The translations under genes were made by a program, and so were the position numbers. The notes under the pieces are model-generated. The model was not told where the DNA came from. It ran no database searches and worked only from the letters and a program-made list of their open reading frames with translations. A stretch of 64,000 nt of DNA. Source: Balanoglossus misakiensis. Its lineage: Eukaryota > Animalia > Hemichordata. Below, piece after piece: positions 54,215 through 64,000 of the stretch. How positions within the stretch are numbered: position 1 is the stretch's first letter; each line of letters opens with the position of its first letter. The stretch is from assembly GCA_040954595.2 (NCBI GenBank), contig CM082581.2, positions 9,155,878 to 9,219,877 on the forward strand, written 5' to 3'.

Positions 54215-57200
54215 CTAAAAGAACGACCCTTTACCTTTTTCGTGAATGTTATCTATAATAGCATTCTATATTTGGTCATTAGAACAGTTTCTCTATTGAA
54301 GTTAGCGGTTGCATTTTGTACTGATCAATTGATTAGTGTGAAAACGCCATCCCTAATTAGTCCTTAATTCATTTGAACACAATGTCTAAATACGGACGCG
54401 ACGTATGCCGGTCCATTATTTTCAATCAAAGCGCGATGAGAATTTAAGTAGGACACTGTTGCCCATGCCATTATATGCATATACACTTGGCATTTGAGTT
54501 AGAAGAGTAAGAAGATAGTGTAGGCGGGACAGGAAAAAAACCCGATTGCAATAAGGCAAAGTACACAGTGAACTTCAGCGTCATAATTTGAACTAATGAC
54601 ACACATTTGATGTAGTTTACACACAGGCGGCATATGCCATATGCCATGATACGAAGGGGGTCTAAGTTAATACACTTTGGAAACACAGTGAAAAGTGGTG
54701 GATACTAGGTGTAAACCTTATCGGTTCCCGAAATATGTGTTTGTCGGTCAAATACTCTATTTCCCCAGTAAGCCCTATGCTATACATTACATATTATCAT
54801 TGTTTCCCATTCCCACAAAAGCTGGCTATTTACAGGAAAAGGGATCATTGGGAGTTAGGGAATGGCTGGATTATTGGATGGCGAAAGAATTTCTTCTGAG
54901 ACTACACAAAGTGTCATGCAAAATTGATGGGTTTTATAATGTAGACAATGGGAAATGTGTCAAAAATCTACTTAAGAGCTCTGGTGATAGGTGTAAAGGA
55001 TATAAGTAGAAATGATACGTTGAAAGGGGATTGGATATGAGGTATAGATAAGTGCCGTAGCTGTTATATAATGTACTTGTTCGTGAGTAACAAGTTACAT
55101 GTAGGTCGCACACAGAACCTGAAAATTCAAATCTTGCGAAAATAACCAAAACAACGATGAATTTCTCGGGTAAACACAGTTGTTTCTTTAAATATCACTA
55201 TCAAACTCAACATAAATGATATAATGCTCGTGTTCTGCTCCTTATTGATGCCCTCCTGCGCATCTCCATGACGCACAGCTAAATTCCTGGAATGATCAGC
55301 GCCATTCCTCAGAATTATTCAAAAGGTGGTGAAAATATTCAATGTAAATGCAGACGTGAATGGACTCCTGTTGAATAGCAGTGCGTCAGGAACACGGGGG
55401 ACGGCAATACACCAACAGCGCAGACGATGACGATGACGATTTATTGTTAATTTTTTATAGTAACTCAGTATTGTCATGTTCACAGCCTTGTGCTGCAGGC
55501 TACCGCGAATAACAACAAATGATTAATATCTTCATAATTTATTCACCATTCTCATGCTTGACTTCCACCTATATTCAATTAATAAAGAGTGAAGACTAGA
55601 AGTGCAATGGTAAAACCTGTTTTCTCAGTTCATCGGCGAACACGGGGCGTATGAGAGGCTTCTAGGAAGAAAGTGTACCCGAGTTCAAGGGCGGCTCTTG
55701 GAAAACATTAGTTCTGTGACCGCGAAAGTAAACACGTATGCTTGAACTGAGCTGTAACAGGGTCAGCCAAACGGAGATGAAAACATTTCACTAATACAGA
55801 ATCTTGGAATAACAACTACGTTAGTAAATTAAATTAGGCTTTCGGGACAAATATGTCGCCTGTATTGAAAAAAAAAATCACCTTGCCAAGCGACAGATAT
55901 ACGACGCGGGGGTTCGTTCTATAGCGACTGCGGTCTCATTGTCGGATTAGGGTTGAATTCAGATTAACCATGATACGTCCAGAAGCCTGGATGAGCGAAA
56001 TGGGATTGGGAGATTTGGGTTTTCTTTAATGATGGAAGACCTGCAGAGCAGAGACCATTTCCGGCATCAAACCATTTCACCTGTCCACTCTTCACAAACA
56101 GTCTTTGTCTGAAATCAATTGCGATGTCCGCGATTAGTCTGCCAATCCGCGATAGATTCTCCACGCCAAACACAGGAGCTGAAGTAGGACTATAGTCGCG
56201 AGTCCTTTCAACCGCCCAATACAGACTGACGCATTCTGCTTTGTAATGCATCAAAGGTGACGTGGAACTTCTGCAACGCACCACAAAAGATTACCCGCTA
56301 GAAAAGAGTTGTGACATTTAATTAGTCTGTTTACCAGCTGAACTCTTATCCCATCAGGAAGGGGCTATCTATGGCTACCGCGGTAATAAGCTTTGTGTTT
56401 TGTTCATCTAAACATTTACACGGGGAAAGCGAGAAATAATTAACCCTTCCCCTGCCAAGCTCATCTCCGGAACAGTACCAAGGCTGTCAATCATCATTGT
56501 GTCTCTCAGAGAACGAATCGTGTCAGAAGCACCGACGTTATAACGTACATAGTATAGGCCTTAATAAAGAGTATACTTGCGGATACGCGCATTCATTAAA
56601 GACCTTCAGTTTATGGCCCAGTTACATCTCCATACCCAAGATGCTATATAGATCACACGCTATGCATACTCTCTGTGAATTGGAAACGACGGGGAATCTT
56701 GCAACTGTGCATTCATAGAGAACAATGCAAAACATGGGGTGATTGGAGGATTAAAATTAGAATTAGTCGTGTTATTATTGTCGTATTTTCATGTTGTGCG
56801 ACCAAGGAGGTAAACGTTGTCGAAGTCACGCACATCTTCGGTAAATTGTGATGCGTTTTTTCAAAATAAAATCGTCCATTTTAAAGTTTTTTATTACGTT
56901 TACAATAACTTAGTGTGCTGTCTAAGTTGAACACAAATGTAACGACTGCTGACTACGGCCAAATTCAGATAGCGCCGGTTGGCATGTTGCCGCTTATAGC
57001 GACATAAGTAGAAAGAGCTGCATATACTGAGTGTTACTTATATTAATCATATAATAGACACTTGCTCCATGTCCCGTGTGGAGCACACGTACAAGGTTAC
57101 CTGACAGGTCAAAATTTATATTTCATAAAAGTGCACACAACAAAATTATGCGGCGTATATACTATAAGGTCATCTTTATGCAATGTTCGAGTATGTGATG

Positions 57201-58885
57201 AGAAATCTTAGCCGACCGGAAACCCCAGAGGAAGGCAAGAGTTTGTAATTGATATTATGAGAGGCGGACATGCCAGGGTTTCGAATATTGTTATATGTCT
57301 CAGAAAACAGCGAGCTATACACATACATGTGCCGAGGGCATTAAACCGAACAAGACAATTAAGTTTTGTATGTTTGGGCTTGTTTGCCGAAGAGTGGAAT
57401 GCCTGTCGGGGCGTCCTCTTTACAGAAGCGTTCATTCGCGAAATATCCGCTTTTACCCCGGTCCTCGCCGTCAATCGATATTGAATTATCGCAAAGACGT
57501 TTTAGACGAACTGCAAAATGTGAAATCATAGCGTTGATACACGCGGAACGTGCAGCGGGTTTAATGCTTTCAGAGATGTGTCCGTGGCTAACAAAGCGAG
57601 CAATCACCAACCGTTTCAAATTGTGAATTTCGATTGACTTCGCGATAGTGTCCAGATTCTACATCGACAAGCATAATAGGGCTCGCTAATTACTTACCAT
57701 TTGAAACATTTTGCGGGTCTTTTCAGGGCTTTTATTTTAATGCAGAACAGAAAAACGCCATTTTAAACGTTTAGATCATATTCCCCAGACAAATGTAATG
57801 CTGTGCTCTGAATAAGTATCTTAAAAACCACGACTCGTCACCCCGCAAGCAATTTCCGTCCCTCTTGTTGTCAAGCTATTACGTCTTACTCTGAACGTCA
57901 CGGGCGAATTTAAACGAAACCTTAAAGATAATAAACTCTGGCATACATAAAGCTTAAGTCACTATCTTTGCCACAGTAATGACTCGGACGTCAATCATTC
58001 AAATACCATTGGCACGTCAGTAGACTTTACCTTGTCGAGTGAGTGACAGCCATTTTATCTCGGGCACAAAAAATACAATAAAATCCCGGTACATATATAG
58101 TACCAGTTCTGAATGAAGAAAATGTTCATATCTAAACAAAATGACATATTGATCCCCAAAATATTTCAAAAACAAGTAATTGACTCAAGGTCGTCCGCTA
58201 AAAGCTTGGATGGTTTAAAAACTCGCCGATTTTTGAAATTAATTGTTTCAAAATGGCCGTAGAATACTGAGATTGAGCGAAAGTGCAAAGCTTTATTCAA
58301 CCCAACTGAAGACAATTTTGCGAACAGATGACGTGAAAGCCCTAAAATGGGTAAATTGCGTACCCGGGGAAACTTTCTTAAAAATGAGCAGAGAAAAAAG
58401 CGTGATGCTATCAAAGAAGTGGAAACTGGTGCAGATATGAGCATGATCTTGAGTTCACTGACGTGGGAAACCCTAAGTGAATACTTTCTTTACGTCTGTA
58501 CATATCTGAAGCCATCCATAGGGTATATAGAAGACTCGACACGCTTGATGTTTGCCATGACTATCGTCCCTGCCGGAAGGCGTACATCTAGTTAAAAATA
58601 AATGGCCTACATGAAAAGGTAATGACAATCCCCCTCCACGGTCGTAATGCCAGATAATAAAGCTAATGCACGTGATAGGTATCGTACCCTCTGATATTTC
58701 TGAAGGATATGGGTCTTGGCAAACTTCGCTGTGCATCAGATGTTTTCAAGTCTATACAAATGCGACAACCTGAAAAGTTAGCACCGCAAGGGCGGATATT
58801 CATAATCAGCGGTTATGGTCCCTGAGGAACGTAATACATGAACTAGTGCGTTTGCTTTGGAAAATATACAAAAAATCATGAAGTA

Positions 58886-58975
58886 CTCTCTATCCCTCTT
58901 TCTCTGTCTCTGTCTGTCTGTCTGTATGTCTGTCTTTTTCTCTGTCTCTCTCCCCTCTCTCTCCCCCGTCTGCCC
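58886..58975. repeat. CT-rich / (CTGT)n low-complexity tract
   Basis: ctctctatccctctttctctgtctctgtctgtctg... Confidence 0.75.
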
Positions 58976-60355
58976 TGTCAGATTTTATCACGTGTTACAG
59001 TGACATTCTACGTATAGTAAGTGAGAAGTGTCAAACTTTTCCAAATTGTTCCCGGAGCGCACGGCTTGTTATTGCCTTTCCCTCGCATTAACCTTTGACA
59101 GAGAATAACGATCGACAAGATTAGTGGTTGTTATGCATTTTCGATCAACAGCAAACTTTTGGCCACGGTCTATTTTTCTACATTTACCTCGTGTTATTTA
59201 CATATATATGAAAATAGAACTTATTACAAACTTTTGAAGTGTTTTCTTTTTTTTCTCAGCCGACAAGGAACGTTTTTGAACGACCAGTACCCGTCATCTA
59301 CAGCAGAATTTATCCGGCACATACCGAGCAAGTGTGATCGTGATTGTATCCGATATTCATGTATAGGAGCAATAAGATATCGCGCCAGAGAGGTTCAATG
59401 TGATTTTACATACGAGTTTCCATTATACAAATTGACGCAGTCGTTACACCAGCGCCAATTTGTGGTTGCAATACAGTCTGTCCTCATTTGCACAGTTGAC
59501 ATAAATACATGAGGGAAGGGGCAATAAGAGGACGAGATCACTGGAGAGAAAGGGGAGGAAGAGAGAGCGATACATGAGAGAGGGGGAGGGAGAGAGTGCG
59601 AAGATCAGCGTCTGATCAGCGGCAGGGATGTGCGGGAGACGAGGTTTTACAGTACGGCGTATATACGGTGGGAAGCCCGTGGAATCAATTTTGAATTGCC
59701 ACGTCTATCTAAATATCCTGTTTCACCTTGTTAATCGCACCTCGGGAATTTCTTGTCCAAACCGCACAAATCGACTTAAATCCCTGTGTGTCACAATTTG
59801 CGGGGCTATTTTCTTGTGCATTAAATTGCCCCAATTCATCGAACTCGCTCCGTATAGTACCTTTCTGGGGAAACAAATTCTCGCGTTAAACTTGCCCTGG
59901 CAGTGTGCGATTTCAGCGGGGAAATTCTCATTAGCCGGAACATATCCGACAGAAAGCGATCGTTCTGGAACAGACAGTCATTATTTACTAAACCCCTTCG
60001 CAGGTTATCAAGTGAGATCACGACCATTATGCTGACAGGCACATTCTACAAGTATACACATAAAATCGTGTAAAAACCATTTGCCTGATAGCTATATCTA
60101 CAGCGTAGGATATCAGTGCGTGTGGCTTTTCAGAAAAAACACAGAAATCCTCCAGGCGGTTTTATCCTACTCGGTGGAAAGGTGTCAAAGTTCTATTCTC
60201 ATGAACTTTAGCCTAGTATTTTCTTAGTGCTTAATAAAATGAAATTGGGTATACAGTTTACCGTATTTATCGCGTTTTTAGGGTTCATATTTTTTCACCA
60301 TTCCATTTTATTTTCGAAGAACTTTTAATGACTGCGTATTTAATATTGATCCATC

Positions 60356-60515
60356 GTACCGTATTGTACTGTACTGCATTGTATTGTATTGTATAATTTT
60401 GTATTGTACTGTTCATTAGAGTTTATTGCATTGTATTGAGTTGTGTTGTTTTGCACTGTACTGTACCGTACTGTACTTAGTGCCGTATTGTATTGTATTG
60501 TATTGCATCGTATTG
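60356..60515. repeat. Degenerate (GTATT/GTACT)n pentanucleotide repeat
   Basis: gtattgtactgtactgcattgtattgtatt... with a 5-bp period. Confidence 0.8.
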
Positions 60516-63500
60516 ATCATGATTGATTTGCGATTATATTCGTTGAAAAGGAGAGATAAACCGCATCACATGCAAAACGTGCTTTGGGTTTCGGAAACAA
60601 AAAAAAATATGCTGTGTTTTATACTAGGGGTCAGGTGATAGATTCCCATGCTATTTATAAACTTCTCCTCAGTCTGATTGATTTTTATGTCATTTTCTGC
60701 ATTGTCTATGATTTAGAATATTGATTTTCGCCCCCGAGTGTCACTTCACAAACAGCGGGAATCAAAATTAATTTCATACAACCTCCCACGTGATATAACG
60801 CCAAATATGATTTCATTGCAGGTGTGTGAAAAACACACCGCGGCAAACTTCTATTCGTTGTTGGTCACGGAGCATGAAATCTGAACTGACGCTTTTGCAC
60901 AATAATTTCGCGGCTCGTATAAAGCCACGACATTAACTTCAACAACTCCGCGTTCGACAGAATTTCATGTTTTAATGGCCTTGTAAAACGCCTGTTTAGA
61001 AGAAAATGCAAACGTCGTTGCAGAATAGAAAAATAATGGACGACGTATAGCAAAGTGTATACATGAGATTCATGCGACCATATCCTTCATACACATCGAA
61101 CCCAACCCTCATGCCAAAATTTGTATTTTCCGCATTTTACGTGCGCAGTTTGGTCTTGAATCTGCTTGACATAATAACCTCCTTTGAAAATGTCTATATC
61201 GAAGAAAAAAATATTCGAGAGAGAGTATTCGCCTTGTGGACATACGCCGACAGAGGTTTTCGTTTGCTTGCTCACTGTTTGCGATTGAAACGGTAATAGA
61301 CTTGTCTATGGCAGCAATGCATTGCCAGTTACATAGGTCAAACAATGTTATTGCAAAAACACCTGATACAAAACCTATTCCATTCCCCCCACAAGAACCA
61401 CACATACGTGACTTGTATTCAGAGTAGGCAGCGCAAGACTTGAAATTTCTCGCCGACTCATCGGCATTCATTTGTGATCGCACTGATATGGTTGAAATAA
61501 CCTTGATTTTAATCCGCGAGTTTTTTTTTTTCGAATTTAATTCCAATCCATCTTCTTCATTTGGCCGAATGCACTTGATATTTGATGATACGGATGTACA
61601 ACGATAATGGCGAATGCCGCGTCGCAGACAGGGGAAGCGCTTGATTCCGGACAGACGACCGGTGTTCGGCGCCACAAGTAATGTCCTTGTCCTGACAAGA
61701 GATGTCAGCGATTATCGTCAAATATTGTCTGTGGAAGTGTGTAGGTTAGTACCGGCTTTCACAGCGGCATTCGCCACCAGTTCGCCTCAGATCGTCAGTT
61801 TGACTGTAGTTTTCAGTACAGTCACGTGCCAACGCTTTCTAGCGGTAGCTGATTCATCGTATATACCTGACTGAAAACAGCACTTTTTTTCTCTTTCCAA
61901 GACAGCGACTCCGTGTTACGTATGTTGGGCTGGTTCGTGGAAGAGGGCATGCAGACCGTACATATATATATATACTCACTGAAGCATGGCAAAGTGTCAT
62001 TAAGGAACCACGGATATTTGCCTGTAAGTCGAGCGAGCACCCAACACTGGCACAATAAGCGATCTTCATTTCCATCACGTAAGGTCCATTAAGGCCTTAC
62101 AATATTTGATAGCTGAAGTCGGCAGTACATTGGAGTGTAGTCTGTTGATTACGTTGTGACTGACGACAGGGAAATAGCCAAAGAATGGGTTCCCGCGTGT
62201 TTCCTCTGTACCACACGCTGTCCTCAGACAGGGAAAGCTTGTGACTAACCTGGTAAATAATACACGGAATAAACTCCTGCCAATCTAAATTATGGAGAAG
62301 TATATCCAGAACAGTCGGGCTGGGATAAAAAACACGGTATTAATAGTTAAAATAGGGCTTGTTGATGTACAGAAAGTGGAAGATAAACTGTTGATGGAAA
62401 AAGTCGATGGAAAAAAAGCATGATTGTTTATTTTAATACTGGTGTCTGAAGTTCTGAATTATTGTGCCTGTGTTGGTGGAATTTTAAAACATTTTCTTCA
62501 AATAGCCTGCTTGTTTCTGTCGTCGACGTTTTAAAACTGACAAGGACATTCCCTTGGAAGATTGCCTTCCAGAAGGCTTTGCAACCATTCGTTCATTTTC
62601 AACCTAAAACATGTGTCAGTGTTTCTATGGGCAACCAAATTAATACCGTTACTTCTAGATCTCCTTGAAGTAACGGCCGGATACTTCGTAAGATTACAAA
62701 AGGGAATTACTCAATGTTTCGGAGAGCTACGATAATGAAAAAGGGGGAAGAACAGGCTGTTTTCAAATAAGCGAGTAACATACCCTTTTGTAAAGATCAT
62801 TCTCAAGTTAAAGTAATTATTTCGGTTGGAAGAAAATACACGCACAACCTTGCAAAAAATGGCGGCCACAGAAAAATGTGCTCTGACTATACTTCCCACC
62901 CCTCTGGCACAAAATGGTTCTTCCCTTACATGCTTTCTAGTTGATGCTCGTTTACGATTCCTACTAACCTTGTCTTGCAGACGATACTCAGGCTGGCATA
63001 GTGTGATTTTGTATCGAACTAAAGATTTGTGCGACCTGTACCTCATAAGCCTTTTCTATAATATTTCTCTTACGTATCAATAAATAAATGTTCGTGGATA
63101 GATTTGCGACTTCAATCTACTGTAAGCCATGCTTGCAATAATACCCGAATGCAAGCAAGGGGGGAAGGGTCATTAACGTGCAAGTGAGATAACTGTGGAC
63201 GCTAACGTGATCAGTGGGGAAAATCATCCTTTCGCGTGTAACAGTCGAACAAACGGGTTAATCCGCACACACTTGTTATTATTGAATGGTGGTTATTAAA
63301 TTCTTGAGTCCAATTACTTTCGCTTGTATGCCGCGCCCGACTTTGAATAGAAATGTCTCGCGGGCTGGGGAATTTGTTCGCCTGTGAAAGCGGCAACAGA
63401 TATCGTTTGCTTGATGAATGGCGGAACGGCGTTCTCATCTCTCTTGTTAACCTTTAAGTATTGCCACTATCTCCAAGCTCATCAACGTTCGTTGCTGTGT

Positions 63501-63586
63501 GGATAATAGATGTTATATCTTCTGTTTCCTGTACCGGTGGCATATACGCATGCATAGTCACACACATGTACACGCATATATGCATC

Positions 63587-63707
63587 CACGCACGCACGCA
63601 CAAATATGCACGCTTGCATGCTTGCACTCTTGCTTGTCTGCCTGTCTGTCTGCCGGCATACATTAGCATCCATCCATCCATCCATCCATCCATCCATCCA
63701 TCCATCC

Positions 63708-63751
<44 letters not shown>

Positions 63752-63770
63752 GGGCAGGCACGCACGCACG
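63587..63770. repeat. Compound tetranucleotide microsatellite (CACG)n-(CTGT/CTGC)n-(CATC)n-(CAGA)n-(CACG)n
   Basis: Direct reading. It explains the SIHP/TDRQ ORFs. Confidence 0.9.
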
Positions 63771-64000
63771 AACACGCGCATAAAGCGTGAAATGAAATAA
63801 CCTCAATTTTAATCAGTCTTAAGTACTCATTGTGTACTAGTGATCTCGTGTGATCCGTTCTTCCCTTTGACATTCACGATGACCATGATTAGTCAATCGC
63901 AGATGCTGCGTGTATGGCGAGAGAACATTCATGCAGTCATTTCATTTGACTGCATGGGGTAAAAACACGAGTTTCAATCGTCCAAAGCTGAATGTCTGCG

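Noticed and set aside
56440-56460. TTAA-CCCT... resembling a piggyBac-type terminal repeat
   Set aside because: I found no matching inverted partner end in the window.
54081-60515. (AGTAC)n and (GTACT/GTATT)n arrays in inverted orientation about 6 kb apart
   Set aside because: These are common independent microsatellites, with no evidence they delimit one element.
1-64000. Prokaryotic-type systems (CRISPR arrays, operons, defence islands), tRNA/rRNA genes, neuropeptide precursor ORFs
   Set aside because: I saw no spacer-separated repeats, cloverleaf or rRNA-like sequence, and no ORF with a signal peptide plus dibasic/amidation sites. Small spliced exons could be missed by eye.

Overview
This is eukaryotic (animal) genomic DNA: mostly AT-rich, non-coding and rich in microsatellites. 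It is not prokaryotic, and I see no operons, rRNA, tRNA, CRISPR array or intact transposase. The only well-supported genes are three + strand class A (rhodopsin-like) GPCRs with intronless coding sequences. (1) A biogenic-amine receptor of the histamine H2 / D1 / beta-adrenergic-like group, 13291-14382. (2,3) Two tandem paralogous RF/RY-amide neuropeptide receptors of the PrRP/sNPF (NPY-related) type, 28716-29996 and 39009-40175. The receptor types and sequence texture suggest a marine invertebrate deuterostome such as a hemichordate or amphioxus; this is inference only. The most notable observations are: a possible ancestral amine-receptor/PrRP-receptor microsynteny; an amine receptor with no polar TM5 ligand residues; loss of the key Asp6.59 in the second PrRPR-like paralog; a pair of CTCF-like motifs between the amine and peptide receptors; an Arg-rich uORF before the amine receptor; and strong over-representation of the palindromes TACATGTA and TGACGTCA. 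I found no convincing evidence for a wholly new multi-gene system. Nearly all the other short ORFs in the track look spurious.
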